Shown here: positions 41,809 through 55,300 of the stretch, piece by piece
Numbering within the stretch: the first letter of the stretch is position 1
How the letters are laid out: every line of letters begins with the position of its first letter
NCBI GenBank assembly: GCA_964016885.1
Contig: OZ024740.1
Coordinates: 441,502,001 to 441,566,000 of the forward strand
Direction of reading: 5' to 3'
DNA length: 64,000 nucleotides
Source: Eledone cirrhosa
Taxonomy: Eukaryota
Notes under the pieces: model-generated
Told to the model about the DNA's origin: nothing
Seen by the model: the letters and a program-made list of their open reading frames with translations, nothing else
Database searches by the model: none
Made by a program: the position numbers and the translations under genes

Positions 41809-41964
41809 ACCAATAAATGTAATGAAGGAGTAACCAATCGTCCTTGTTATCCTTTCAATATATTACACTCTGTATAGCTCTATACCTCATCACAGAAGTG
41901 AACCTAAACATCGAGTGCTCTCCCGAGTGAACCTGCAGTAACTCCAAGTTACACCCCCTGGATA

Positions 41965-44900
41965 TATATTTCGTTTCTGAATTTGTTTAGCAAGATTCTT
42001 TATCTGAAAACGTGTGTTGAAACCAATATTGTTATACTTTGGGAGGATCATGTTGCCAGTAAGAAACACACGCACCAGTTGCTTTCACTTCAATTTATTA
42101 TAATAAATTTATAAATTTAGGAATTTATAAATTTCCGGTTGGTTGGTTGGTTCCACAACCAGATGGTTGTTTATATATTGTCAAAGTTCTTTCGCCACAC
42201 ATTCTGTGACCTCTTCAGTGACTGGGGATTCTTTTCTTTATTTTTTGTGCCTCTCTTTTGTTCTGTCCTACGCCATCTTGTTTTTGTGTGTGTGTTGTGT
42301 GCTTAGTTTGCGCATGTGTTACATCGGGGTATCTGTGTGTGTTTATATTCGTTCATTTATTTGTTTATTTACATGTTACTGGTTGGTTGTTTGTTCTATG
42401 TGCGTGTGTGTTTTCATTTTGTCCTTAATTGTAAGTTGTGATGTTGCTGTTCCACTCGTTTTCTATTTAATTTAGGTTGTAATTCATTTATGTTTATTGC
42501 CTCTGTGATTTGTCTAAACATTGCGTCTTTTCTGTGTGTAGATTCTATTTTTATTTCTATGTTCTCTAATTTACCCTTATATTCTATTTTAGCATGTTGG
42601 TAGAGTACAGATGATTCTTTACTATCTTGAAGGTCTCACCGGTATTCATTTATCTGTTCCCCTATATTACGAGCTGTCTCACCTATGTACACTATATTTT
42701 TATCTCTATATTGTCCTTCAGTACATCTTATGCTATATACTACATTTCTAGTTTTACAGTTAATATGTGGGCTTAGTTTACAGATTATACATTTCTTATC
42801 TATACAGGTGGTCTTTGAAAATGGTATGTCTTGTTAATAAGTGTTTTTATGGAGGTACCTGGTCTTTCTACTATCTTAATATTGAGTTTATGTTTATCTA
42901 GGGCCCTTCTAAATTTGTAAGCTAATTCACCTCTAGGGGTTGTATCGATGAACATTACACTCTGGTATTTATTGCTATCATACCATGAGTTTATTCTATT
43001 AGCCTTATTCCTAGTTCTTTCTATTCTATTCCAAAATTTGCTCCTATACAAGGGGCAGGTCCCATTTGTGTCATTATTTACCATTTTTTCCCATTTGGTT
43101 CTGGCTCCTCTATACATTCTGATTTTATCTCTCAGAGAACTGCACACGGTGGATGATGTGTTGTATGTGTCTCTCTAGTTCTTCGGGGTTGCACACGTGG
43201 GACACGTTTCTCATCACCCGTACCAAATCCGCAATCAGTATGTTGATTTTGGTATGGTCCGAAACAGCTGAGTTTCGGTGGATCAGATATTTAGAAGTCA
43301 TGGGTTTGGCATAATGGGAATGGAGGATTTGTTTTTTGTTATTAATAGTATCTAACCAGAGCTCTGTGTCTAGTACAGGTAATCGATGGTTGGGGTGTTT
43401 GCTTGGGTAGTCTATAGTACCTCTAATACTCTGGTGGATGGTGTTAGCTATTTGCTGGATGCTTTCCATTGTGCTTTTCTCTAATTCCTGACTGTTCTCT
43501 AGTGGGGGTGTTTTAAGTACGATGTTTATATCATCAACGTAGCGGGAGTACATTATTAGGGTTAAGGGGTCTTCTAATTGTTCTTTAAGTTTAAGTTTAA
43601 GTCTACTGTCCCACCATACCATGAATAGGTTAGCTATGTCGTCTGCAATGCTAACATCAATGGCTGCTCCCTCCTCTTGGGCATATGTTTTTCCATTAAA
43701 TTTGAACATATGTTCCTGAAGGGTTAATGTTATGCTGGCCCCCACCGCATGTGCAATCATTTTCTTTAGTTCATCGTGGTTTTCGGGGGTCCGTATGGCT
43801 CTGGTCCACCCGTTCCATCTTTCTGTGTGGGGTTTCTTGGCCATTGAGGTAATGGAAGGTGGTCTGTCTCTTGCTGGTCTTGTAGGGCACAGGTTGCTAA
43901 GGTCATATGTGTCTAGATAATTATTACTATAGGTAAGTTTAAGTAGGAGTCCCAGCTCACTGGTATCAATCCCACGGAATTCAACATTGCTCTCACTGAT
44001 CATTTCTACGCATTTCTCCACAGCAAAGTCCACGTCAATAGATGGATACAGCGACACATCATCCATACTACCTATTATGCAGTTTGTTAGGTCCCTAGAT
44101 CAGTTACTCTCGCCGATTCTGCTGAGGAGGTCCTCCGTGCTGTCACATACATCTGGGGACATTTCAATGATGGGGCGTATGATCAGGGAGAGGAAGTAGG
44201 AAAGTCTGTAGTTACTAGCAATGTTAGCTCCACAGACTGGCCGTGTCGGTGGTCCCGTGACAGGGTCACTGCTCGTTTTATGGTCTTTTCGAAGCCCATA
44301 CAACGCTGGCACGTCATTGTTCCAGGCCTGGACGTTGTTGGCAGTCCTTTTGTTGGGCTGCATTATATTTGTCCACATCATCATATGGGCATTGAGGGCT
44401 TTTTCTCTATCCTCATGCTCTTGTGGTGTTACTTGTCTTGTGGTGTTACTTGTCTGTTGGAAAGCATGCTATCTCTCCATTACGCGAGCGCTGCATGAGC
44501 TTACGCAAGCCATTTGCAGATTTTTCTACCAGTTTCTGACCTCCATTCTATTATGCTTCTTGCTATACTGTTCTATAATATTTCTAAGTTTAGATCTAGC
44601 TATACTAAATTGTGCTTCTGTTTGTTCATCGACCTGCGACGGCAATTGCGTGCGTTTGTTAAAAGCTAAAGTCGTGGCGTGGACTCGTCGCAGGTCGAAC
44701 GACTTATCGGAGGGATTATAAAAAGTAGAGTTCCAGGCTGCTGCTTTATGTGTACTAGTACTATTGTTATTGTTAGTTGTGTTGTTTCTATTTCTATTTC
44801 CACCAACAGCCTCATGGTTGTTTCTATGTCTCTCATTATTACTCCTGTCTCTTTCCTCTTTCTCATTGTTATTATCTACTTTATTTTGTGTGTCTGTGTG

Positions 44901-45732
44901 TTCGTCTTGGTTATTTTCTTTGTCCATAGTCTCCCTTCTCCTTTCAATCCTATTACCTTTCTTTATTTCTGTGCTACTGTCATTACCTGTTTTCTGTGTC
45001 TGTGTGTTTGTTAAGATTGTGGTGGTGGTGAGAGGCATTGAATGTGTGTTTGTTGTTGTTGTTGTCTCCGTGTATGTTATTATTGTTGTGTGTGTTGTTA
45101 TTGTTGTTTGTGTCTGCGTGTATGTTGTTGTTTCTGAGTATGTTATTATTGTTGATGTGTATGTTGTTGTTATTGTTGTTTGTGTCTGTGTGTCTGTTGT
45201 TGTTGGGATCTGTGTTGTATATGTGTGTGTGTGTGTGTTCGTACGTTGTTACTTTTGTTTTTGTTTTTGTTTTTGTTTTTGTTTTTGTTTTTGTTTTTGA
45301 GGCTCCAACGTAATTTTGTAAATGATTTTTCTATTTCTGACAAGCATTTAATCATATTTACTTTGTTGTATGTGGCATACTTAGGCGGCAGTTGTAATAC
45401 AGATAATTCATCAGAGTCGACCGTAGTGTTGCCGTATATATTTGTGCTGTTGTTGAATTCATCTGTTAATGAGATGTCGGCCATATTTATACCGTCAATT
45501 TTGTCGGGATATCTATTGATATTCTCTAAAGTATCTTGATTTAGTTTTATCTGTTTAAGCCACTTTAGTTTCTTGTTAAAGTGCGAAAGAACTTTGACAA
45601 TATATAAACAACCATCTGGTTGTGGAACCAACCAACCGGAAATTTATAAATTTATTATAATAAATTGAAGTGAAGGCAACTGGTGCGTGTATTTCTTATT
45701 GGCAACATGACCCTCCCAAAGTATAACAATAT
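41965..45732 (-). mobile_element. Long disrupted PLE of a non-Naiad lineage (RT plus GIY-YIG) with inverted tail at its 5' end
   Basis: LYGLRKDHK..TRPVCGA, SLYPSID, YSRYVDD, LPVLD; VVYSIRC..VYIGETAR at about 42460-42800; 45583-45732 is the reverse complement of about 42025-42195. Confidence 0.92.
42180..42222 (-). ncRNA. Intact minimal hammerhead
   Basis: GTCA-CTGAAGA-gGTCACA gaatg TGTGGC-GAAA-GaaC-TT-TGAC. Confidence 0.82.
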
Positions 45733-46168
45733 ATATATATATATATATCATTAATACAATTTGATATATGAGAGGGATGAACCCCCATACAAGTATACAT
45801 GTGTTCCAATTGTAAATGACCAAGTTAGCTAGGTTGAAAAAATATTAATTTAAAACAATATGGTTTGTCTGTCTCGATTTAAAGTAATAAATCAATAAAA
45901 ATAACAAACCTATATATGGGCAACTGCCTTCGTTACCCGGACAGATCTAAAATCTGTTGCGCAAGAATTAAGTGAAAGCCACCATTTCTGTGCTCTTCTG
46001 CGGGTATCCAGGAAATTCGTACCTTTCACTTCAAAGGATCTAAGAACACTGAACTATGTGTTGATATAAAAGCACATGTTGCAGCGCCTAGCGCGTTTCA
46101 TACTCATGCCGCTAAAAATAGCAGCTGGTTTTATGAGACTAAAGTTAGTTCTGCGTATGGAGCCGAGA

Positions 46169-46414
46169 ATATCATAGATTGAGTTAGAAACTCAAAATAG
46201 TCTTTTACAATTAAATAGCTCAAGGAAGGGAATCTTTCCTCCGAGCCGTGTAATACAATTGAATATATGAGAGGGATGAACACATGTATACTTCTATCGG
46301 TGTTCATCCCTCTCATATATTCAATTGTATTACACGGCTCGGGGGAAAGATTCCCTTCCTTGAGCTATTTAATTGTAAAAGACTATTTTGAGTTTCTAAC
46401 TCAATCTATGATAT
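46169..46414. repeat. 115-bp inverted repeat with 16-nt spacer
   Basis: Arms 46169-46283 / 46300-46414; partial third copy near 45752-45806. Confidence 0.92.
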
Positions 46415-46576
46415 ATATATCTATATATAACAAAGGAATTGTGGTAAGGAACCAGATGGACCATAACGCACCAGAGTACTCAATACTTAAAGTAGTAGAG
46501 TGGGAAAAAGTATGACCCCGACGGCAGAGCTCAATCCGTTTCGACGGCTATTTCTGGATATATATATATATATATA

Positions 46577-46754
46577 AGTTTATCTCGGGTTCAATCGGGG
46601 GTAACCACAGTAAGTAAGGCACTCAATACAAAGCAGAGTATAAATATTTAATATAGAAAGGCTTCTACAGGACTAGAACTGTTTCATTCGGGAGAAATCA
46701 TGAGGAACCTGATGATTTCTCCCGAATGAAATAGTTCTAGTCCAGTAGAAGCTT

Positions 46755-46760
<6 letters not shown>
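46577..46760. mobile_element. Tiny fold-back HHR element between (TA)n tracts
   Basis: IR 46651-46701 / 46712-46761; CTGATGA-tTTCtcccGAAt-GAAA..; relative at 15905-15950. Confidence 0.7.
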
Positions 46761-46818
<58 letters not shown>

Positions 46819-47184
46819 GACGATTTCTTATGTCTTCATTACGTTTATTTAGTGACGCGCGTTCTGTCATTACCACAACAGAAGTCCGTCGAGCTTTTGA
46901 TTCCAGAGACGGGCCAGATTAATACAGATCGAACCTTGAGCTGATCAATAGCAAAACTTACTCCAATATTTGATCTTAATTTTAAATCCTTAAATTTTAG
47001 TTTTTAACTCCTATTAATTCTTTTTAAATTTTTATTTCAATACTCAATATTTGATAAGATGAATTGTTCCTCTCATTTATTCAATAATTGTTTCTACTTT
47101 AGGCACAAGGCCAGCAATTACCCAGTGCATTACTGGTACTTTTCAATAATGTCACTTTGACTGACGAATCAAAGAAAGGATAAA

Positions 47185-47521
<337 letters not shown>

Positions 47522-47719
47522 AATGGAAGTTTAGTAAAATCGAAGCTTCGGCTGTAGCCAAGCCAACGAGATACAATGAGGAGTTATGCAGCCAAACACT
47601 CCATGAGGAATCTCAGAGTAATTACATTCGTTAGACGGCATGACAGATTGAAAACTGTGGCAGGTAGGCTTAGCCACGACACCGAAGCAACGACAAAACC
47701 ACCAGGTTATATATATATA

Positions 47720-47822
<103 letters not shown>

Positions 47823-47949
47823 GGGACCACTAACCATGGAAGCCCTCAGTGAATGGTGAAAAACAGAGTGTACATAGAGATAGGTAAAATCCCGACCGCG
47901 GCGCCAGATCGTTGCAACTGAAATCGGCTAGTGCCAAAAAACCTTTTAC

Positions 47950-48280
47950 TCCAGCCGCAACCTGGTGCAGTCTGCGACTAACCCAGGTTCTGCTGTCCCT
48001 CTCCGACCAGGTTTGCGGTCGTACCCTTGGCAGTGGAGACTTCTGGTGTCCTCGTCCCTAGGGCTACCTCCCTACTCAGCACCGTAGGCGCTGAGCTGTC
48101 CAGCCGCAGGTGTGAGCCTCACGACCTGGAATGGCTTTTCTATCGCGTATCCCTTCTTGCCGTCCTCCGGGGAAACACCTCCATTCCGTTCGCCAGGGCT
48201 GTGAGGTGGCCACCAATATGATTGACTGACTTTTGTGTACCTGTGTGTCGAAACTAATTTCGTTTTTATCTCTACAAATA
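47950..48280 (+). mobile_element. CRE-clade RLE 3' fragment
   Basis: AVETSGVLVPRATSLL..DLEWLFYRVS..VLRGN, homologous to 2334-2705. Confidence 0.75.
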
Positions 48281-48391
48281 ACTAATTCTCTCTCTCTATC
48301 TCCCTCTCTCTCTCTCTCTCTCTCTATCTATCTCTCTATCTCTCTATCTCTCTCTCTCTCTCTCTCTGTCTCGCTCTCTTTATATATATAG

Positions 48392-48541
48392 ATATATATA
48401 AGGAAAGAGACAGAACCTCGACGGCAGGGCTCAAGCCGTTTCGACAGCTATTTCTGGACAGAAATAGCTGTCGACTCCAATAGTAGTCCAGAAATAGCTG
48501 TCGAAACGGCTTGAGCCCTGCCGTCGAGGTTCTGTCTCTTT

Positions 48542-48553
<12 letters not shown>
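48392..48553. repeat. Inverted repeat carrying an HHR 3' half
   Basis: gtcGAA-ACGGC ttgagccct GCCGT-C-gagg in each arm; relative at 46517-46558. Confidence 0.88.
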
Positions 48554-48623
<70 letters not shown>

Positions 48624-48975
48624 TCGAAATACGATGGCTAAGGTAAATAATCCTAGTTTTATTATAAAGGAAATACTGAAACATTTATCACCCCCGCCAT
48701 ATCCTCTCCGTATCACATTGCATAACTTAATAAATCCTCCAGTTTAAATTTTGCTCGGGTCTCCCTATCATCCTTCCGGGGTTGACAAAATAAACTCCCA
48801 GTTTTTGAAACTCATATTCTAAACATTCAACTTTGAAACATTTATCATCTTTCCTGCTTTATGGATTTCATTAAATATCAATATAATATCCTTCCGGCTA
48901 GGTTTATTCAATCATTTGTCAGACACTATTTTTAATATCATTTATTTTCATATTTTCCCCTACAAACAACTAATG

Positions 48976-49068
<93 letters not shown>

Positions 49069-49076
49069 TATTTAAT

Positions 49077-49365
49077 TTTATAAGTATAAAGAAAGTGTCC
49101 AAGCACAGAAATGGTATAAAGATTCCTTATAAAATAGGGTGAACAACCTTAAAAGACGGGGAAAGGATTTGCCAACTACCGCTGTGAGGAATTGAACCCC
49201 CGTATCTTCCAGCTAGTGGCTAGATGATATCTGGAAGATACGGGGTTCAATTCCTCACAGCGGTAGTTGGCAAATTCTTTCCCCGTCTTTTAAGGTTGTT
49301 CACCCTATTTTATAAGGAATCTTTATACCATTTCTGTGCTTGGACACTTTCTTTATACTTATAAA
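49077..49365. repeat. Inverted repeat with a tRNA-like head at its centre
   Basis: Arms 49077-49212 / 49231-49365; ctagtggctag (D-loop-like) and ggttcaattcc (B box). Confidence 0.85.
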
Positions 49366-49394
49366 GTTACATATATTCTCATCGCTTCAAAAGT

Positions 49395-49439
<45 letters not shown>

Positions 49440-49444
<5 letters not shown>

Positions 49445-49564
49445 GGAAAAAAATGAAACGAAATTGCATTTCTCACTCTCAGTACGGCTGTTACTTAAAT
49501 ATAAGTATGTATACGTACATAAATGTTCGGTGAATGCATACGTACATATATATGTGTGTGCATG

Positions 49565-49596
<32 letters not shown>

Positions 49597-49703
49597 CTAC
49601 TGTACGTCTGTATACATATATTTATGTACGTATACATACTTATATTTAAGTAACAGCCGTACTGAGAGTGAGAAATGAAATTTCGTTTCATTTTTTCCGG
49701 TTA
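49440..49703. repeat. About 85-bp inverted repeat between (TA)n tracts
   Basis: aaatgaaacgaaattgcatttctcactctcagtacggctgttac... mirrored at about 49620-49703. Confidence 0.88.
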
Positions 49704-49726
49704 TATATATATATATATATATATAT

Positions 49727-50741
49727 AGCCCCCTCCATCCACCCGCCATCAACTCTACACGCCTCACACCCTTTCACCACTTGTTTTCATTTTAATTTTT
49801 CCCCCTTTTTTAATGTATTTCCATCACTCCCCCTCGCACCCTTTCGGAACTCTTTTCCTTTCCACCTCCCTCCTGATGAAGAGCTTATGCCCGAAACGTT
49901 GTCCCCCACCCCCCACCCCCACTCTCAAGCGTGAACCTAATACCTAACACTTTTCGTAACTCCTTGTTGTTGTTATTTACTTTTCCAATATATATACATA
50001 TATATATAAGGAGTTACGAAAAGTGTTAGGTATTAGGTTCATGCTTGAGAGTGGGGGGTGAGGGACGACGTTTAGGGCATAAACCCTTCATCAAGAGAAA
50101 GGTGGGAAGGAAAAGAGTTCCGAGAGGGTGCGAGGGGAGTGATGGAAAGACATTAAAAAGGGGAAAAAAATTAAAATGAAGGAAAAAAAATTAAAATAAA
50201 TTAACACATGAATGGGACAATAAGTTGAAAACAAGTAGTGGAAGGGGGTGGTGGTGGGTGGAGGGGAGAAGGAAATTGGGGGTCCGAGCGGGGAGGGCGG
50301 AAGGTGGTGTGTATGTGTGTGTGTAGGTGTACCTGTGTGTGTGTATGCGTGGATGTTAGTGTGAGAGTTTGGTGGAGAACGGGGTTCCATGCTCGTGTGT
50401 TAGGAAAACTAGTAGATATGGTGGGGTGTAAGTCTGTGTGTGTATGCGTGTGGAGGGTCGGAAGGGGTAGGGGAAAGGGATCGTGCGGAGTCCGGACCCG
50501 GAGTGGGTGTATGTGAGGATACGCACGTGTGTGTATGTGTGTGTGTGTGTGTTTGTGTGGTATGGATACGTGGGAATGTATGGTTGCGTGTGTGCGAAAA
50601 TGGTGTAAATTGTTTGTGTGTGTGTTCCTGAATGGTTTTTCGGTATGTGTGTGTAGACGGATGGTGAAAAACCGGGGAATATCTCGTAGATATCCAGAGA
50701 GTGTGACCAGCGGTGGAGGAATTGGTGACGAGGAAGATCGA

Positions 50742-50742
<1 letters not shown>
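49727..50742. mobile_element. Two related PLE-like tails joined tail-to-tail at a TA tract, each with a minimal HHR
   Basis: CTGATGA-AGAGCttatGCCC-GAAACGTT at 49873-49900 (+); TTGATGA-AGGGTttatGCCC-TAAACGTC at about 50067-50094 (-). Confidence 0.75.
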
Positions 50743-50827
<85 letters not shown>

Positions 50828-50868
50828 AGTAAGAATATTTTCGAAACAGCGAGCGGGTTTGAAATTAT

Positions 50869-51190
50869 TATTTGACTAAAGAATTTAAAGAAATTATTTA
50901 GCCTGATAGTGGGGTTAAGAAACCTCGGAGAAATGGAAAAAGATGAGTATTGACGTACATGGGAGTCGAACCCACATCTTTTTGACATTACAGTCGCTAA
51001 GTTTATAGCTTCTAATTTGAATGGCGAAAGACGGGTTATGTGTTGGTGTAAATGGTAATACAGTGGTCTGGATAACCAAAGATATGGGTTCGACTCCCAT
51101 GTACGTCAGTACTCATCTTTTTCCATTTCTCCGAGGGTTCTTAGCCCCACTATCAGGCTAAATAATTTATTTAATGTCTTTAGTCAAAAT
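50869..51190. repeat. Inverted repeat with a tRNA-like cloverleaf (51037-51108, +)
   Basis: D stem TGTA/TACA, arm TGGT-ctggata-ACCA, T arm ATGGG-TTCGACT-CCCAT; arms 50869-50981 / 51078-51190. Confidence 0.82.
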
Positions 51191-51414
51191 ACGGCGATAA
51201 CTTACATTTCTAATAATTTATATATATACTGGATCTCATGTAAAAGTCGACACTAGCATAGTTGATTTTTTTATTTGTCTTTTCTTAATATGTTATTCTT
51301 TGTCTAGGACTTCTGATATTTTCTTTGAAAGCAAAGTTTTGCATTGGCCTCTAAAGTGGTCCCCGAGGAGCCCACGTGCCATCAGACAAGCTGACGACCT
51401 GACCAGTCCACCAC

Positions 51415-51452
<38 letters not shown>

Positions 51453-51524
51453 AAAAATAATGATAAAGATTTGAAAACAGCACATAATGTGTTTTTATTA
51501 TATATATGTTAGGCGTTCAAATGT

Positions 51525-51600
51525 AAGTTCAAATCCCGCCGAGGTCAACTTTGTCTTTCATCCTTACGGTGTCTATAAAATAAAGTACCAGTAATACACT
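51525..51600 (+). mobile_element. SINE fragment
   Basis: agttcaaatcccgccgaggtcaactttgtctttcatcc..aaagtaccagtaatacact. Confidence 0.8.
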
Positions 51601-51784
51601 TACAGATGTATGTGTGTGTAACGTATTTTCTAAGAACATTTATATATACCCCTCGTAATTGACAACATACCCTTTACGTGCTTTCTTCTCTATATACTGT
51701 ATTATGAAGAGCCCGATACTTATTCCTTGAGCTCATTAAATTACAGGGGATTAACGTGAGTTTTTAACTACGTTTTTTTCATTT

Positions 51785-51836
<52 letters not shown>

Positions 51837-51971
51837 TAATTTTTTTAAATGTAAATGCTTCTTTCATAACCATTTTCAAGAGTTCTGAGGCCCGTGGAAG
51901 GAAGTTATCCTCAAACCAGGGTCCTATCTGAGAAGCTTGCACCAGAGTGGTTTCCACTAGAAGCGTCTAAC

Positions 51972-52190
51972 AGTCGTGGAAATAGGACAAGATGTGGTAG
52001 TTATGTCTTTTTTAAAAAACTGTCTTGTAAATAGGACAAGATGTGACAGTTATGTCTTTTACTAAAACTGTCGTGTAAATAGGGCAAGATGTGACAGTTA
52101 TGTCTTTTACTAAAACTGTCGTGTAAATAGGACAAGATGTGACTGTTATGTCTTTTACTAAAACTGTCGTGTAAATAGGACAAAATGTGA
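51972..52190. repeat. 48-bp tandem repeat, about 4.5 copies
   Basis: Unit aaataggacaagatgtgacagttatgtcttttactaaaactgtcgtgt. Confidence 0.9.
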
Positions 52191-52375
52191 AATCGAAACT
52201 GGTGGTGGTTTAGGTCGGTAACAATTTGTACGTCAGAGAGTTTATGGAAAAATTGAATAAATTCAATGGTTGTGAAAAGTGAAGAATCTATCGTCGTGGG
52301 ACATTACATTAATCTGAGAGTGAGAAGGAAAGACAGACAGGCAGACAGAACAATGGACTGACATATAGACAGATA

Positions 52376-55300
52376 AGTTTCTTTTATTTGCCACTAGGGC
52401 ATCAAAAGTGGGACAAGTACAAAGGGGGAGTTTACACAAAAAGGCGTCCTCAATAAGGAGGAGGCAATAACAAAATATAAAAATAAAATAAGATATAACA
52501 AAAAATAAAGTTTTTAACAAAATCCTCAATAGAGAGGAGGCGCCTTGGGGGGTCGCACACACCCCCGAAAAAAGTGTGCAACCCTTTTCCTCAGGAGCAC
52601 AGAGAGGGGGTGCTCCCTCGTTCCTTCCTCTTTTCCACCTACAGGCTTATGTAAAGAGAAGGCCCATTCACACGGGCCATTCTCGCCACTTTCACCCACC
52701 TTTCATAAAAACGACTGGGGTGCAGCACCTCTCTCTCCATCCTGATCCTTCTTCCGAAATGATATCGGAAGAAACGGACCAGTTGTTGGCCAGAGAGAAA
52801 GGTGCCTGACCTCAGTCCTTTCAGACGCGTCCACCATACAACCTCTTTCGCCATGGCCATTACGCACAGAAACACCGCCTCTGCTTCATCTTTGAAGGGG
52901 GGAGGCGGCTTGATCATTACAATAGACTCGGTGGTCAACCGGATCGGTCCCACCCTTGACAGCAGTTGTTCGACATAGCCCCACAGATCGGCTACGCCCG
53001 AGCAGTGTACCAATGCGTGTGCAACGGTTTCCTCGTCGCACACGCATCTGGGACAGATCTTTTTGGCGGGGTCCCTACCCGGGCGCCCGTGTCTGTAGAG
53101 CCTTTCTCGAACGGGTAAAGCCCCTCGGTAGCACTGCCAGGCCAGGGACTTCTGGAAGTTGTCCATAGGTCCCGGGCTGAATGTCCTACCGAACAGGCTG
53201 GCCAGTTCGTCCTCCTCCATGTCTAGGGCTTCTCCGAGGGCGTCGTCGCACCTGCTGCGTACCAGCCCTCTATAGAATGTTGCGGTGGAGTCTCCACTGA
53301 CAACCGGATCCGCCTGCCAGAGGGCGGTGAGCGCCTGGGCACACTCAGTGTGCCAGGCGCCCAGTTTTCTCGGTCTTTGCTTGACCCAGGATTGCAGCTC
53401 GGTGAGTGAGACGAGTCTGGGAAAGGTTCGTCTCACAAACGAGGCCCACACCGGTTGTCCGGTGAGGAATACGTAGAGGTGCCGTAGCCTTAATGCGTGT
53501 TTACGCATCATTAGCCACGGCATCCCCAGCCCTCCTTTCGAAGGGTGTTGACAGCAGATGGATCTCCTCACCATAGGAGCCCGCCTCTTCCAAAGGAATT
53601 GGAAGAGCGCGCGCTCCATCTTGGTGAGGGTTTCCCTTGGGCAGGGCACTACGGTCAGGCGGTAGTAGATGACGGACGCTATATAAGTGTTCGCCACCTC
53701 CGCCCGACCTTTCAGGGATAGTTTGCAACTGGCCCACTTCTGGGTCAGTGCAAACACCCTGTTCGTAACCTCCGCCCAGTTTTTCTCCACCTGGAGGTCC
53801 GGTCCGAACCAGACCCCGAGCAACTTCACCGGGCCCTCCGTCCAGCGTCCGACGACGCCATCAGAGGGCATCGGTCTGCCCCTCCACGTGCCGAGTTGCA
53901 AACCGATCGACTTGTCCCGGTTCAGCTTAGCCCCTGTGAACTTTTCGTACTCCTCCAGTAAGGTGCCGACCGCCTCGATTTCGGAGGCCGTCGACACCAT
54001 TACTGTCACATCATCGGCGTAGGCTGACACCGCTTTCCGCAATCCCGGTTCCAAAGGGATGCCCTGCAACAACTCCAACTTCCGCAGTAGTGGCTCGAGA
54101 GTCAACACATACAGAAGGGAGGAGAGAGGGCACCCTTGTCGGATGGACCGCGCGATTTTGAACGGCTCCGAGAGGTAGCCGTTCACCTTGACCCTAGAGC
54201 AGATGCGGCTGCTGTGCATAGCAGTGATTCAGCCCCTGAAAACGGGTCCGAAGCCTGCCGCCGCTAGCACCGCATCCAGGTAACCATGGTCGACCCTATC
54301 GAACGCCTTAGATTGATCCAAGTTGATCAGAGCCCCACCAAAGCCGGGTTCGTTCCCAACCCTCTCTATGATGTATCGCATGAGGTGGAGGTTGTCATGG
54401 ATGGACCTGGACGGGATAGCGCATGTCTGCGCATCTCCCACCAGGTTGCCCACGACAAGCGCCAACCTCTTTGCTAGCACCTTGGCCAAAATCTGTAACT
54501 CTGTATTTAGCAGAGTTATGGGCCTGAAGTTACTTATTTCGTCCCCCTTGTTCTCGTCCTTCCTCACTAGCGTGACTACGCCCTTGGTCACAGTACAGGG
54601 AATTCTCCCGTTCTGTTGCCAGTTGCAGTAGACCGCCTCGAGGAGATCGGGGAACAAGTCCGGCATAGCTAGATATAATTCGTAAGGAAGACCATCGAGA
54701 CCCGGGGATTTGCGTTTGCCGCATTGGCTCAGCACGTCCTCTATCTCAGCGGCCGAAATCGGCTCCTCGCAGGACTTCGCCTCCCTGTCCGAGAGGCGCG
54801 GCAGGCCGTCGAGGTATGGACCGAAGTCCACGTTCCCAACCGGCTCCCCGCCCCTCCCGAACAGTCGGGCAAAGTGCCTTTGAAAGGCCTCACACATCTG
54901 CTTAGGCTCAAGAATCGCCCGTCCATCCAGGTCTCGCAAAGACCGGATGGTGGATTTAGTTCCACTGTTGGCCTCTGTCACGCGGGCCCAGCTAACAGCT
55001 TTGGCCCCCTCGTTCCCTAGAGCACGTATTTTACTTCGGACAACGCAGCCTTCGTGCTTCGCGTCGAAAAACTGGCTCAAAGCCGTTCTCGACGCTAGCC
55101 ACGTCGCCGCTTCTAATTGCCTCTTCTACTCTATCTATTAGCTCCCTTTCCTTCCTATTCCTATCCGCAGCTAGAACCTTACTAAATTCAATCGAGACTA
55201 CTCTAATCTCTCTCTTGAGAGATACCCACCACCTGCTGTTGACGATCGCTCCAGTCAACCGTTCCTTAACTAACGTACTAATCCGATTCCTGTAGGCTCT

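Noticed and set aside
51037-51108. Functional tRNA-Ser(GGA) gene
   Set aside because: Weak acceptor stem, no long variable arm, anticodon atypical for eukaryotes, embedded in a repeat
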